From the NCBI GenBank assembly GCA_900542295.1, contig UQNJ01000005.1, positions 51,162 to 115,161 on the forward strand: a stretch of DNA of 64,000 nt, given 5' to 3'. Below the pieces are notes generated by a model. That model was not told the origin of the DNA. It searched no databases and saw only the letters and a list, made by a program, of their open reading frames with translations. Below are positions 36,426 to 47,127 of the stretch, in pieces. Each line of letters begins with the position of its first letter. Positions within the stretch are counted from its first letter, which is position 1. Both the position numbers and the translations under genes were made by a program. The stretch is from an uncultured Eubacteriales bacterium (GTDB taxonomy: Bacteria; Bacillota; Clostridia; Peptostreptococcales; Anaerovoracaceae).

Positions 36426-37214
36426 CTATAAGATTTCAGGAGCCGTTTCTTCGTATCCCAGTCTTTCGGATAAAAGTTTTGTTTCTTTCAAAACATCAGG
36501 TAAAATTTTAATAATAGCATCATCCACAAATCTGCTGTCAGGTCCTATAATACTTATGCTTCCTACAACATCTCCGTGTTTTCCGAAAATAGGGATTCCA
36601 AGAGCGTTGACATTTTCGTCATATTCACTGTGGCTGACATAATACCCTTTCTTTCTGGTTTCCGAAATTACAGCAGCAATTTCATCATCATCACAATCAA
36701 GATTGCCTGCCATTCTCTGAATTCTGACGCAGCGTTCAAGTTCTTCCTCCGAAAGATATGCAAGTGCGCTTCTTCCGGTAGCTCCTTTTAGCATAGGGAT
36801 ATCCGAGTTCAAAACACATGTACATTTGAGAACTTTTTCGCTTTCCACTTTAGCTATACATGTCATTCTTCCATTCTCGTATGAACATATTGCCAGAGTC
36901 TCACCGCTGAGATCCGCCAGTTTTTGCAGTACCGGCTGTCCCTCACGCTTCAAAAGAGTCAAATTGTCGGTGAGTCTTCCGAGCCTTGATATTTCAACTC
37001 CGAGTATGTATTTACCGTTTTCCGTCAGTTCTACAAAGCCCGAATTCTTCAATGTAGTCAAAATGCGAAATGTAGTGCTTTTGTTCAAAGACAACATTCT
37101 CGAAAATTCCATCAATGAAATTTCTCTCATATTGCCGCTGAAGCATTGCAAGGCACTTAAGGCTCTCTCTACTGAACGAATATTGTAGTCTTTTTCATCT
37201 CTTTGTTGTTTCAT
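36426..37214 (-). CDS. IclR-family transcriptional regulator
   Basis: The N-terminal wHTH reads IRSVERALSALQCFSGNMREISLMEFSRMLSLNKSTTFRILTTL. The C-terminal IclR effector domain follows. Confidence 0.85.
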   Translation of the reverse strand: MKQQRDEKDYNIRSVERALSALQCFSGNMREISLMEFSRMLSLNKSTTFRILTTLKNSGFVELTENGKYILGVEISRLGRLTDNLTLLKREGQPVLQKLADLSGETLAICSYENGRMTCIAKVESEKVLKCTCVLNSDIPMLKGATGRSALAYLSEEELERCVRIQRMAGNLDCDDDEIAAVISETRKKGYYVSHSEYDENVNALGIPIFGKHGDVVGSISIIGPDSRFVDDAIIKILPDVLKETKLLSERLGYEETAPEIL

Positions 37215-37581
37215 TAGGCAAAACTCCCTTTCCCTTTGTTGTTAACATTATATCATTTCTTACCCCCGTGTCAATAACTTATTTGTTGATTTTGTGATAT
37301 TTTTGGTAAAATATCAATATTTTTTGTGTTTTCAGGCATATTTAGGCGAAATTTTTCCATTTTTTACATTTTTAGGGTTTTATTGTATAAAACCATTTTG
37401 AGGATTTTATATACAGGATACGCAGCTCTATCTTCACACATTTAAATATATCACTTATAATTTCCGTTCACTGCTTAGTGGTTATAAAGCAATATATGAA
37501 GAGTTCGAAGTTCCGCTTGGCGAACATAGAGTTCGTGTCAGAACCAAAGACACCTTGGGGGTATCACAATGAAAAAAGTCA

Positions 37582-38160
37582 TTGGTTAGCCTGTATTTGA
37601 GTGGGGGGGTGGCAAATAAGTTGATAGACAAGCCTAATTACACGCAATTCATATTTTCACAACCGGGGGTTGCCGTATCTTTCTGCGAAGATTCCGAATC
37701 CAAAAAATATAACGATAAGATTTATAAAGAAATAAAGAGTACGATTGTACCTCGCCCCTACTCATATCAAAATATATTGAAATATTTATATTCCAATTTC
37801 GACTGCGAGGAAGTTACTGTGTATGACAGTCAGTACACAATATTCAAGGAGAATTTACGTCTTGAGCTTAGCCGGGAGATTGTCGACTTTTCCCCCATAT
37901 TCCTTGAATCGCCTGAGACTGAAAGGAATAAAGAACTGTACAGTAAACTTCACAAGCTTCAAGGAGACAAAAAGGTTTATGTACATTTGGAGAAAAACAC
38001 CTGCCTTTTCGATACCAATCTGCATTTTTTAAATGAAAAGCTATCTATGCTGCGCTGGGTAAATCAAGAAGATTATGACAACGACTCCGTTATCCTTAAA
38101 GAACTGATTCATTTAATCAAAAATCCGGTACGGACAAAAATCCAAAGTCGGAATAAGTAA
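37582..38160 (+). CDS. Hypothetical protein (orphan, in an AT-rich islet); the start is uncertain
   Basis: 192-aa ORF beginning at a TTG. An upstream ATG (37569) with an RBS is out of frame by one base (MKKVIG-stop). No recognisable family. The local GC content is lower than in the flanks. Confidence 0.45.
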   Translation: MVSLYLSGGVANKLIDKPNYTQFIFSQPGVAVSFCEDSESKKYNDKIYKEIKSTIVPRPYSYQNILKYLYSNFDCEEVTVYDSQYTIFKENLRLELSREIVDFSPIFLESPETERNKELYSKLHKLQGDKKVYVHLEKNTCLFDTNLHFLNEKLSMLRWVNQEDYDNDSVILKELIHLIKNPVRTKIQSRNK

Positions 38161-38173
38161 TAATTCTAAAGCA

Positions 38174-38226
38174 AAAGAGCCGCCCGATAACGAAAATTTT
38201 CGTTATCGGAGACGGCTCCTTTAATT
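38174..38226. terminator. Bidirectional terminator between the orphan ORF (+) and rplQ (-)
   Basis: Nested perfect palindromes GAGCCGCC...CGATAACGAAAATTTTCGTTATCG...GGAGACGGCTC with flanking T/A runs. Confidence 0.7.
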
Positions 38227-38237
38227 TCTTGATTATA

Positions 38238-38579
38238 TTAAACTAATTCTAAGAATACAACTTCTGCGTTATCTCCCTGACGAGGTCCTAACTTCAGAAT
38301 TCTTGTATATCCACCGTTTCTATCGGCATATTTAGGTGCAATTTCATCGAACAGTTTTGTAACTACGCTTTCATCGAAAACATAGGATAAAACCTGTCTT
38401 CTTGCGTGAAGGTCTCCACGCTTTGCCAATGTAATCAGTTTTTCTGCTTCTCTTCTGGTCTCTTTTGCTCTGCAATCAGTAGTCTGAATTCTGCCTTCTC
38501 TGAACAAATCAGTTACAAGGTTTCTCATCATTGATTTTCTGTGAGCAGAAGGTCTTCCCAGTTTTCTGTATCCTGGCAT
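38238..38579 (-). CDS. rplQ: 50S ribosomal protein L17
   Basis: [21 protein letters not shown] is the canonical L17 N-terminus. RBS AAAGGAG. Confidence 0.95.
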   Translation of the reverse strand: MPGYRKLGRPSAHRKSMMRNLVTDLFREGRIQTTDCRAKETRREAEKLITLAKRGDLHARRQVLSYVFDESVVTKLFDEIAPKYADRNGGYTRILKLGPRQGDNAEVVFLELV

Positions 38580-38688
38580 TTCAAGATTCTCCTTTCTTGC
38601 AAATTCATCTTTCTCACACACCTAAAAATCAGGGTATCCTCATTTAAAGGCATCAGAAAGAAAACTTCACATCTCTTATATGGAGCGA

Positions 38689-39633
38689 TTAGTCATCGCT
38701 TGGCTTAAGGCTAAGCCCTAATTCTTCCAATTTTGCCTTTACTTCATCAAGAGATTTCTTTCCTAAGTTTCTTACTTTCATCATGTCATCTTCTGTCTTT
38801 TGAGTAAGCTCTTCAACTGTGTTGATAGCAGCTCTCTTGAGACAGTTAAAGGATCTTACCGAAAGTTCCAGTTCTTCGATAGTCATTTCGAGAGCCTTTT
38901 CTTTCTGGTCTTCCTCTTTCTCAACCATGATTTCCATTGCGTCTGTAGTATCGGTCAGCTGAATAAACAGATTCAAATGTTCCTGCATTATCTTTGCTCC
39001 GATAGACACACCCTCTTCAGGTGTTATCGAACCGTCTGTCCAGATTTCAAGAACAAGTCTGTCATAGTCAGTTACCTGTCCGACTCTTGTATTCTCAACA
39101 GTGAAGTTTACCTTTCTTACAGGTGTGTAAATGGAGTCAACCGGAATTACCGATATAGGTGTACTCTCATTTTTGTTTTGCTCAGCAGGAACATAACCTC
39201 TGCCTCTGGCAAAGTTTATTTCCATCACCAGTGTAGCGTTTTCTTCAAGAGTTGCTATGTGCAGATCCGGATTGAAAATTTCCATGTCTGAATCGCATAT
39301 GATATCAGCAGCCGTAACTTCCTTAGGACCTACAGCATTTATAATAGCTCTCTTGGTGCTTTCACCCTCTAATCTGACAGCAAGCTTCTTTAAGTTGAGT
39401 ATAATCTCTGTAACGTCTTCTTTTACTCCCGGTATTGTAGAAAACTCATGAAGTATTCCGTCGATTTTTACCGATGTGACAGCTGCACCCGGAAGCGAAC
39501 TGAGAAGTATTCTTCTAAGTGCATTTCCCAAGGTTGTGCCATAACCTCTTTCCAGAGGTTCAACAACAAATTTGCCGTAACATCCGTCTTGATCAATGAG
39601 CTTATTGATTGTTGGTTTTTCGATTTCTATCAC
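38689..39633 (-). CDS. rpoA: DNA-directed RNA polymerase subunit alpha
   Basis: 314 aa with an N-terminal dimerisation domain and a C-terminal alpha-CTD ([19 protein letters not shown]). Confidence 0.95.
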   Translation of the reverse strand: MIEIEKPTINKLIDQDGCYGKFVVEPLERGYGTTLGNALRRILLSSLPGAAVTSVKIDGILHEFSTIPGVKEDVTEIILNLKKLAVRLEGESTKRAIINAVGPKEVTAADIICDSDMEIFNPDLHIATLEENATLVMEINFARGRGYVPAEQNKNESTPISVIPVDSIYTPVRKVNFTVENTRVGQVTDYDRLVLEIWTDGSITPEEGVSIGAKIMQEHLNLFIQLTDTTDAMEIMVEKEEDQKEKALEMTIEELELSVRSFNCLKRAAINTVEELTQKTEDDMMKVRNLGKKSLDEVKAKLEELGLSLKPSDD

Positions 39634-39780
39634 TCAAAACCCTCCCTTTCATTCCAAGTTTGGCGAAAACTTATCTTACCGCTGCCGGTCATATCTCTAA
39701 CCGACAATCCGGCAGGAGTGTGAGGTAAGCTTTAAAAGGCAAACTGCCAAATAAATATTTGCCCACCTCCTGACAGTTTC

Positions 39781-40401
39781 TTACTTGGAATACAATTCGA
39801 CGATTAAATGCTCTGCAATCGGAGTATCTATGTCTTCTCTTCTTGGCATAGCAACGACTTTACCTTCTAATTTATCAACATCAACAGTCATCCATGCAGG
39901 AACTGTGATGGCCATATCTTTAATTTCTTTAAACTTAGGCGAGCTTGTGCTTCTTTCCTTAACCTTGATAACATCTCCTGCCTTCAATTCCATTGAAGGA
40001 ATATCGGCTTTCTTTCCGTTAACAGTAAAGTGTCCGTGAGTTACAAGCTGTCTTGCTTCTTTTCTTGAAGCCGCAAAGCCAAGTCTGAAAACAATATTAT
40101 CAAGTCTTGTTTCCAGGAAAATCATCAGGTTTTCACCTGTTTTACCCTGCTTCTTAGCAGCTTTATCAAAGAGGTTTCTGAACTGAGTTTCAGGAACTCC
40201 GTAGAATCTCTTTGCTTTCTGCTTTTCTCTCAGCTGCAATCCGTATTCAGACTGTTTCTTTCTTGCCTGACCGTGCTGTCCAGGAGCGTAATTTCTTCTC
40301 TCAATAGCACACTTGCTGCTGTAACATCTTTCGCCTTTCAAGAAAAGCTTCTGACCTTCTCTTCTGCACAATTTGCAGTTTGCATCTGTATATCTTGCCA
40401 T
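39781..40401 (-). CDS. rpsD: 30S ribosomal protein S4
   Basis: [31 protein letters not shown]. The zinc-ribbon-like N-terminus is typical of Firmicute S4. Confidence 0.95.
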   Translation of the reverse strand: MARYTDANCKLCRREGQKLFLKGERCYSSKCAIERRNYAPGQHGQARKKQSEYGLQLREKQKAKRFYGVPETQFRNLFDKAAKKQGKTGENLMIFLETRLDNIVFRLGFAASRKEARQLVTHGHFTVNGKKADIPSMELKAGDVIKVKERSTSSPKFKEIKDMAITVPAWMTVDVDKLEGKVVAMPRREDIDTPIAEHLIVELYSK

Positions 40402-40420
40402 TTAAATTACTCCTCCTTTC

Positions 40421-40819
40421 TTAGACTCTTCTTCTCTTCGGCGGTCTGCATCCGTTATGCGGAATAGGTGTGATATCCTTAATCATTGTGATATCAAGTC
40501 CGGCTGTCTGAAGTGCTCTTATAGCTGCTTCTCTTCCGGAACCCGGTCCCTTTACATAAACTTCTACAGTCTTCAAGCCGTGTTCCATAGCGCCCTTAGC
40601 AGCCTCTTCAGCCGCCATCTGAGCCGCAAACGGAGTTGATTTTCTTGAACCCTTAAATCCGAGGGAACCTGCGCTTGACCATGACAGCGCATTACCTTCC
40701 ATATCTGTAAGAGTAACTAAAGTATTGTTAAAGGTGGATTGGATATGAGCCTGGCCTTTTTCAATGTTCTTACGTTCTCTTCTCTTTTTTCTTACTGCCT
40801 TTTTAACAGTCTTAGCCAT
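40421..40819 (-). CDS. rpsK: 30S ribosomal protein S11
   Basis: Canonical S11 sequence ...[17 protein letters not shown]... Confidence 0.95.
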   Translation of the reverse strand: MAKTVKKAVRKKRRERKNIEKGQAHIQSTFNNTLVTLTDMEGNALSWSSAGSLGFKGSRKSTPFAAQMAAEEAAKGAMEHGLKTVEVYVKGPGSGREAAIRALQTAGLDITMIKDITPIPHNGCRPPKRRRV

Positions 40820-40834
40820 TACTTCCTACCTCCT

Positions 40835-41203
40835 TTACTTTTTCTTTCTGCCAACGGTCTTCTTAGGACCTTTACGAGTTCTTGCGTTTGTCTTAGTCTT
40901 CTGTCCTCTTACAGGGAGACCTCTTCTGTGTCTGATACCTCTGTAGCTTCCGATTTCCATAAGTCTCTTGATGTTCAAAGAAACTTCTCTTCTCAGGTCA
41001 CCTTCTACCACATATTCAGTATCAATGATTTTTCTGATAGCACCGGCTTCATCCTCTGTGAGATCCTTAACTCTTGTGTCTGGATTGATTCCTGCTTTTG
41101 CGAGGATAGCTTGTGCAGTTGGTTTACCAATACCATAGATGTAGGTTAAACCGATTTCTACTCTTTTTTCTCTTGGTAAGTCAACACCGGCTATACGAGC
41201 CAT
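40835..41203 (-). CDS. rpsM: 30S ribosomal protein S13
   Basis: [26 protein letters not shown]. Confidence 0.95.
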   Translation of the reverse strand: MARIAGVDLPREKRVEIGLTYIYGIGKPTAQAILAKAGINPDTRVKDLTEDEAGAIRKIIDTEYVVEGDLRREVSLNIKRLMEIGSYRGIRHRRGLPVRGQKTKTNARTRKGPKKTVGRKKK

Positions 41204-41331
41204 ACTTTTCTCCTTCCCTCATCTTCCGTCGCATTTCCGGGGCGATATAGACGAGATCTATTAATAATTTTGAAACGGCCTTTTCTGATGGCAGTCCCGG
41301 TATTCTGCCGCCGGCCGCATTATTGATTTAA

Positions 41332-41445
41332 TTAACCCTGTCTCTGCTTGTGCTTAGGATTTTCGCAGATAACCATTACCTTGCCGTTTCTTTTGATTAC
41401 TTTGCACTTTTCGCAGATAGGTTTTACGGAAGCTCTTACTTTCAT
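41332..41445 (-). CDS. rpmJ: 50S ribosomal protein L36
   Basis: Not in the ORF track (<60 aa). Hand translation gives [37 protein letters not shown] (37 aa, CxxC...CxxxxH zinc ribbon). Confidence 0.9.
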   Translation of the reverse strand: MKVRASVKPICEKCKVIKRNGKVMVICENPKHKQRQG

Positions 41446-41455
41446 TTTAACCCTC

Positions 41456-41674
41456 CTACTTATCTCTCCAAATTATCCTTCCTCTTGTTAAGTCATAAGG
41501 TGAAAGTTCAACCTTAACTTTATCTCCGGGAAGAATTCTGATATAGTTCATTCTTATTTTGCCTGAAATGTGTGCAAGCACTTCAAAACCGTTGTCTAAT
41601 TTTACTTTGAACATTGCGTTCGGCTGTGCGTCGACAACTGTTCCCATTGCCTCGATGACGTCTTTTTTCGCCAT
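41456..41674 (-). CDS. infA: Translation initiation factor IF-1
   Basis: 72-aa S1-like OB fold with highly conserved sequence. Confidence 0.95.
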   Translation of the reverse strand: MAKKDVIEAMGTVVDAQPNAMFKVKLDNGFEVLAHISGKIRMNYIRILPGDKVKVELSPYDLTRGRIIWRDK

Positions 41675-41695
41675 AAATACATCTCCTTCTTCACA

Positions 41696-42442
41696 TTACA
41701 AGGTAAGCAGCTCAGGCTCACCATCGGTTATTACAACAGTATTCTCATAATGCGCAGCTAACTGTCCGTCTACAGTAACTGCCGTCCAGTCATCCAAGAG
41801 TACATCGACTTCATAAGAACCCTGACATATCATAGGTTCTATGGCAAGAGTCATGCCACACTGCAGTCTCGGTCCTTTTCCCGGTTTGCCGTAATTTGGG
41901 ATCTGTGGATCTTCATGCATACTGTTTCCAATACCGTGACCCACAAAATCTCTGATTACCGAAAAGCCTTCGCTTTCTACGGTACTTTGAATAGCATTGG
42001 AAATGTCGGACAATCTATATCCCTCTTTCGCAAATGCCATGCCCTTAAAGAAAGCTTCTTCAACCGTATCTATCAGATGCTGCGCTTCGGGGCTTATGCA
42101 TCCTACGCCGTAGGTTCTTGCGGCATCAGCCATGTATCCGCGGTTTTCAACCACTAAATCAAGGCTGACTATGTCGCCTTCTTTAAGTATTCTCTTTTTA
42201 CTCGGAATACCGTGCACAACCTCCTCATTGATTGATACACATATACTTGCCGGATAACCGCAATATCCCTTTTCGGCCGCTCTCATGCCGGCCTTTTTAA
42301 CCGCCTGTTCAACAAAACGATCTATTTCTATAGTTGCAATTCCCGGTTTAATAATTGTCTCGAGATCCTTGAGAATCTGTCCTGCTACTCTGCCGGCCTC
42401 ACGCATCAATTCAATTTCCTGTTTTGATTTGATGATGATCAT
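41696..42442 (-). CDS. map: Methionine aminopeptidase, type I
   Basis: 248 aa with conserved metal ligands (D, D, H, E, E positions) and canonical context between adk and infA. Confidence 0.95.
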   Translation of the reverse strand: MIIIKSKQEIELMREAGRVAGQILKDLETIIKPGIATIEIDRFVEQAVKKAGMRAAEKGYCGYPASICVSINEEVVHGIPSKKRILKEGDIVSLDLVVENRGYMADAARTYGVGCISPEAQHLIDTVEEAFFKGMAFAKEGYRLSDISNAIQSTVESEGFSVIRDFVGHGIGNSMHEDPQIPNYGKPGKGPRLQCGMTLAIEPMICQGSYEVDVLLDDWTAVTVDGQLAAHYENTVVITDGEPELLTL

Positions 42443-42444
42443 TA

Positions 42445-43092
42445 TTATTCACCTAAAGCTTTTACTATGTCTGCAAATACACTTTCAAGACCTGTAGCTC
42501 CGTCTATATGAGCTATGTTTCCGGCCTTTTCGTAGTATTCTATCAAAGGCATCGTCTGTGCTTCATAAACTTCGATTCTGTTCGCAACAGTTTCTGCATT
42601 ATCGTCTGCTCTCTGAACGAGAGGCGCTCCGCACACATCGCAGATTCCTTCTTTTTTAGGAGGAATGTTTACTACATGGTAGCTTGCTCCGCAGGCCTTA
42701 CATACACGTCTGCCTGTAAGTCTTGTCATGAGTTCTTCTTTCTCAACTGCGATATCCAAAACCTTATCTATCTTGGAATCATGAGCTTTCAGGAACTCAT
42801 CAAGCTTTTCTGCCTGATAAACCGTTCTTGGAAAACCATCAAGCAAAAATCCGTCTTTACAGTCGTCCTTCAGGAGTCTGTCGGTTGCGATTTCTATAAC
42901 CAAATCGTCAGGTACCAGTTCTCCTTTATCCATATATTCCTTTGCTCTTTTTCCAAGCTCAGTTCCGTTTTTAATATTCTCACGGAAAATATCGCCTGTT
43001 GAAATGTGTGGAATATGATATTTTTCAACGATTTTAGCGGCCTGGGTGCCTTTTCCTGCGCCCGGAGGTCCTAATAATATGGTTCTAAGCAT
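42445..43092 (-). CDS. adk: Adenylate kinase
   Basis: P-loop GPPGAGKGTQ and a zinc lid CxxC...CxxC. Confidence 0.95.
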   Translation of the reverse strand: MLRTILLGPPGAGKGTQAAKIVEKYHIPHISTGDIFRENIKNGTELGKRAKEYMDKGELVPDDLVIEIATDRLLKDDCKDGFLLDGFPRTVYQAEKLDEFLKAHDSKIDKVLDIAVEKEELMTRLTGRRVCKACGASYHVVNIPPKKEGICDVCGAPLVQRADDNAETVANRIEVYEAQTMPLIEYYEKAGNIAHIDGATGLESVFADIVKALGE

Positions 43093-43110
43093 TTTATCAT
43101 CTCCTCCTTG

Positions 43111-44391
43111 CTATTTCAGGAATCCCTGGTAATTTCTCATAAGCATCTGATTTTCAAGAGCTCTTACAGTTTCAAGGGCAACACCTACTGCTATAAGTAG
43201 GGAAGTGCCTCCGAAATGTATGTTGAGTGAGGTCAAAACGCTTATGATTGTAGGCAGTGTAGCTATAATAGCTAAGAATATAGCGCCTACTATAGTGATT
43301 CTTGACATTACTTTGCTTAAATACTCTTCTGTGGCCTGACCCGGTCTGATTCCCGGAATGAAACCACCGTTCGATTTCATGTTATTTGCTACTTCCTTAG
43401 GATTAAAAGTAATTCCTGTATAGAAGTATGTGAAAGCAATTATCAATATTATATTCAATATTCCGTATACCCATACTCCCGGATTTCCGGACGGCGAAAG
43501 CCATTTAACTACCCAGTCAGTAAATGCTGTATCCGGGAAGAAGTATGTTATGGTAAGCGGGAATGACAGTAGTGAGAGAGAGAAGATTATAGGAATAACT
43601 CCCGACTGATTTACCTTGATAGGAATATGAGTCGACTGTCCTCCATACATCTTTCTGCCTACCACACGCTTCGCATACTGCACAGGTATTCTTCTTTGTC
43701 CTTCCTGAATCAGTACTACTCCTGCAATTACCAGAACTGCAAGTACTATTAGTATTGCCAAAGTAATTACTGAAATAGCGCCGTCACTTACGCTTGTTGA
43801 AAGGCTTCTTATTCCGCTTGGTATTCTTGCTACGATTCCGGCGAAGATTATCAACGATATGCCGTTTCCTACGCCTTTCTCGTTTATCTGCTCTCCCAGC
43901 CACATCAGGAAAGATGTGCCGGCAGTCAGTACCAAGATAACTACAATAATAGAGAATACGCTTTTATCAACAATAGCCTTATTAAACAATCCCACTGTCA
44001 GACCTATAGCCTGAATCAGTGCCAGAACAACTGTCAAGTAACGTGTTATCTGCGCCATCTTCTTTCTTCCTTCGTTGCCTTCCTGCGCAAGACGCTGGAA
44101 GTAAGGGAAAGCTATGGTCAACAGATTGATTATTATTGAAGCCGTAATATACGGTGTTATGCTGAGTGCAAATATAGTAAAGTTGCTAAAGGCGCCGCCG
44201 GAAAACAGGTCGAACAAGTCGAACAAACCTGCCTCACCGGTAAACATCTGATCAAGAACCGTTCTGTTTATATTAGGCACCGGAATGTTTGAACCGATAC
44301 GAAATACCACCAGCATCAGCAAAGTGAAAATCATCTTTGATCTGATTTCGGCAACTTTCCATGCCTGGGAAACTGTCTTTAGCATACCCAT
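43111..44391 (-). CDS. secY: Preprotein translocase subunit SecY
   Basis: 426 aa, 10 TM, canonical position after rplO. Confidence 0.95.
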   Translation of the reverse strand: MGMLKTVSQAWKVAEIRSKMIFTLLMLVVFRIGSNIPVPNINRTVLDQMFTGEAGLFDLFDLFSGGAFSNFTIFALSITPYITASIIINLLTIAFPYFQRLAQEGNEGRKKMAQITRYLTVVLALIQAIGLTVGLFNKAIVDKSVFSIIVVILVLTAGTSFLMWLGEQINEKGVGNGISLIIFAGIVARIPSGIRSLSTSVSDGAISVITLAILIVLAVLVIAGVVLIQEGQRRIPVQYAKRVVGRKMYGGQSTHIPIKVNQSGVIPIIFSLSLLSFPLTITYFFPDTAFTDWVVKWLSPSGNPGVWVYGILNIILIIAFTYFYTGITFNPKEVANNMKSNGGFIPGIRPGQATEEYLSKVMSRITIVGAIFLAIIATLPTIISVLTSLNIHFGGTSLLIAVGVALETVRALENQMLMRNYQGFLK

Positions 44392-44392
44392 A

Positions 44393-44833
44393 CTAAATCA
44401 CCTCTGCCTTTCCTCCTGCAGCTTCAATCTTCTCTACAGCACTCTTACTGAATTTATCTGCTTTTACTGTTAAAGCAACGGTAAGATTTCCCTGTCCGAG
44501 AACCTTGATTCCGTCTTTAACCTGCTTTAACATTCCTGCCTGCTTTAGCAGTTCCTGAGTGACTTCTGTGCCGACTTCAAATCTGTTTAAATCTTCAACA
44601 TTTATGATTGAATATTCTTTTGCCCAGATGTTTGTGAAACCTCTCTTTGGCAGTCTTCTGTATAAAGGCATCTGTCCACCTTCAAAACCGAGACGAACAC
44701 CGCCGCCTGATCTTGAGTTTTGTCCATTCATACCTCTTCCGGCAGTTGTACCCTGTCCGGAGGCAGAACCACGACCTTTTCTCTTAGGTGCCCTGGTTGC
44801 ACCCTGTGGTGCTTTTAATTCATGTAATCTCAT
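44393..44833 (-). CDS. rplO: 50S ribosomal protein L15
   Basis: Gly/Arg-rich N-terminus and conserved order. Confidence 0.95.
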   Translation of the reverse strand: MRLHELKAPQGATRAPKRKGRGSASGQGTTAGRGMNGQNSRSGGGVRLGFEGGQMPLYRRLPKRGFTNIWAKEYSIINVEDLNRFEVGTEVTQELLKQAGMLKQVKDGIKVLGQGNLTVALTVKADKFSKSAVEKIEAAGGKAEVI

Positions 44834-44846
44834 CTATGGCACCTCC

Positions 44847-45029
44847 TTATATTTCTTCTACAGTTACAAGATGCGAAACTTTAGCAACAGCTCCACGAGT
44901 CTGTGGAGTATCTGCCAACTCTACCGAGTGCTGCATCTTCTTAAGTCCCAGCGCTTCAACAACTTTTTTCTGCTTAGGGGAAGCGCCGATAGTGCTCTTT
45001 GTTAAAGTAATCTTTATCATTTTTGCCAT
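44847..45029 (-). CDS. rpmD: 50S ribosomal protein L30
   Basis: 60 aa, [29 protein letters not shown]. Confidence 0.9.
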   Translation of the reverse strand: MAKMIKITLTKSTIGASPKQKKVVEALGLKKMQHSVELADTPQTRGAVAKVSHLVTVEEI

Positions 45030-45042
45030 TACTCGGTTCCTC

Positions 45043-45546
45043 CTATCCTAAGATTTCTTCCTTTGTTTTGCCTCTTAACTTAGCAACCTTCTCTACTGTC
45101 ATCATTCCCTTGAGACCTTCGATTGTTGCATAAGCCATATTGCCTGTGTTGTTGGAGCCTATGGATTTAGCTCTAACGTCTCTGATACCTGCAGCTTCAA
45201 GTACTGTACGAACAGATGAACCTGCGATAACTCCGGTACCCTGTGCAGCAGGCATAATCAGAACTCTTCCTGCTCCGAAAACACCTAAGTTTCTGTGTGG
45301 TACGGTTGTTCCTACTGTAGGAACGAATATTAAATTCTTCTTTGCATCTTCTTCAGCTTTTCTTACGGCTTCAGGAATTTCCTGAGATTTTCCAAGACCA
45401 ACGCCTACATAACCGTTGCCGTCACCGACTACAACTGTTACGCTGAATCTCATGTTTCTGCCGCCTTTAACCGTCTTCGCAACTCTTCTGATGTTTACGA
45501 TGGTTGATTTCAAGTCAAGCTTGGATGCATCAACGATATTACGCAT
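45043..45546 (-). CDS. rpsE: 30S ribosomal protein S5
   Basis: Canonical S5 dsRBD and C-terminal domain. Confidence 0.95.
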   Translation of the reverse strand: MRNIVDASKLDLKSTIVNIRRVAKTVKGGRNMRFSVTVVVGDGNGYVGVGLGKSQEIPEAVRKAEEDAKKNLIFVPTVGTTVPHRNLGVFGAGRVLIMPAAQGTGVIAGSSVRTVLEAAGIRDVRAKSIGSNNTGNMAYATIEGLKGMMTVEKVAKLRGKTKEEILG

Positions 45547-45562
45547 TCCTTATTTCCTCCTG

Positions 45563-45934
45563 TTAGAATTTTAATCCGCCTTCACGAGCACCTTCTGCCA
45601 ACTCCGCAACTCTTCCGTGGTATAAGAATCCGCCTCTGTCGAAGCAAACTTCTTCTATACCTTTTGCGATAGCTCTCTTTGCCAGAGCTGCTCCTACCTG
45701 CTTTGCAGCTTCCTTGTTTCCGCCGTTTGCAACCTCTGCCTTTAATTCTTTATCCAGTGATGAAGCAGCTACCAGTGTAACTCCGTTTACATCATCTATG
45801 ATCTGGGCAGAAATATTCTTGTTGGATCTGTAAACGCAAAGTCTTGGTTTTTCAGGAGTTCCATAAAGATTTTTTCTTACTCTTTCGTGTCTTTTGACAC
45901 GTTTGTCATTTCTGCTTTCTTTAGCCATTTTCAC
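45563..45934 (-). CDS. rplR: 50S ribosomal protein L18
   Basis: Conserved L18 sequence ...[17 protein letters not shown]... Confidence 0.95.
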   Translation of the reverse strand: MKMAKESRNDKRVKRHERVRKNLYGTPEKPRLCVYRSNKNISAQIIDDVNGVTLVAASSLDKELKAEVANGGNKEAAKQVGAALAKRAIAKGIEEVCFDRGGFLYHGRVAELAEGAREGGLKF

Positions 45935-45948
45935 TTCACTCCTTTCTC

Positions 45949-46491
45949 TTATTTAGCGCCAGCTTTGCCTTCTTTTCTGCGGATAACTTCATCAGCATAC
46001 TTAACACCCTTGCCCTTATAAGGTTCAGGTTTTCTCCATGCTCTGATGTTTGCCGCATAGTTTCCGACAAATGCCTTGTCAATACCCTTTACAACTACAT
46101 CTGTTGCAGAAGGACACTCTGTAGTGATTCCTTCAGGGTCTACAAGTTCTACAGGATGTGAATATCCAAGGTTTAATACAAGTGTGTTTCCTTTTTTCTC
46201 AGCCTTATAACCTACACCTACAAGCTGCAGCTTCTTTTCAAAGCCTTCTGTTACGCCTGTAACCATATTGTTTATAAGTGTTCTTGAAAGTCCATGCTGA
46301 GATCTGTGTTCTCTATGGTCGCTGCTTCTTGTTACATTGATAACTCCGTCAGCCACCTCAACAGTGATAAGCTTGCTTATCTCCTGTGATAATTGTCCCT
46401 TAGGTCCTTTTACGGTAACAACATTATTTGCATCTACTGTTACCTCTACACCGGCAGGAACAACTACAGGTTTCTTACCTATTCTTGACAT
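45949..46491 (-). CDS. rplF: 50S ribosomal protein L6
   Basis: [18 protein letters not shown]. Confidence 0.95.
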   Translation of the reverse strand: MSRIGKKPVVVPAGVEVTVDANNVVTVKGPKGQLSQEISKLITVEVADGVINVTRSSDHREHRSQHGLSRTLINNMVTGVTEGFEKKLQLVGVGYKAEKKGNTLVLNLGYSHPVELVDPEGITTECPSATDVVVKGIDKAFVGNYAANIRAWRKPEPYKGKGVKYADEVIRRKEGKAGAK

Positions 46492-46503
46492 GTTTTGTTC
46501 CTC

Positions 46504-46902
46504 CTACCATACATAACAAATTACTTCGCCGCCAACGCCTAATTTTCTGGCTTCTTTATCGCTGATAACTCCGTGTGAAGTGGAAATTATTGCGATGCCA
46601 AGGCCTCCTAAAACTCTTGGAACTTCGCCGGCTTTAGCATATTTTTTAAGACCCGGTTTTGAAATTTTCTTTATTCCGTTGATAACCTTTTCCTTGCCTG
46701 CACCATATTTCATAGTAACCTTAATGATGCCCTGCTTGTTATCATCTATAACTTCGAAATCCGCAATGTAGCCTTCTGTCTTTAAAATTTCGGCTATGGA
46801 TTTTTTCATTCTTGATGCCGGAATTTCAACAGTTTCATGTCCTACAGTATTGGCGTTTCTGATTCTGGTTAGCATATCCGCTATAGGATCTGTCATTGTC
46901 AT
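46504..46902 (-). CDS. rpsH: 30S ribosomal protein S8
   Basis: [17 protein letters not shown]. Confidence 0.95.
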   Translation of the reverse strand: MTMTDPIADMLTRIRNANTVGHETVEIPASRMKKSIAEILKTEGYIADFEVIDDNKQGIIKVTMKYGAGKEKVINGIKKISKPGLKKYAKAGEVPRVLGGLGIAIISTSHGVISDKEARKLGVGGEVICYVW

Positions 46903-46927
46903 TACAGTATTTCTCCTTTCTTTTATA

Positions 46928-47113
46928 TTACCAGCTTGCTTTTCTTACGCCGGGGATTTCACCCTTATAAGCAAGCTCTCTGAAGCAAATACGGCAGATA
47001 CCGTATTTTCTTAATACAGCATGAGGTCTTCCGCAAAGTCTGCATCTTGTATATGCACGAGTTGAGTATTTAGGTTTTCTCTGCTGTTTTACCTTGAGAG
47101 ATGTTTTTGCCAT
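46928..47113 (-). CDS. rpsZ: 30S ribosomal protein S14 type Z (zinc-binding)
   Basis: 61 aa with CxxC...CxxC ([23 protein letters not shown]). Confidence 0.95.
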   Translation of the reverse strand: MAKTSLKVKQQRKPKYSTRAYTRCRLCGRPHAVLRKYGICRICFRELAYKGEIPGVRKASW

Positions 47114-47127
47114 GATTCCCTCCTAAT

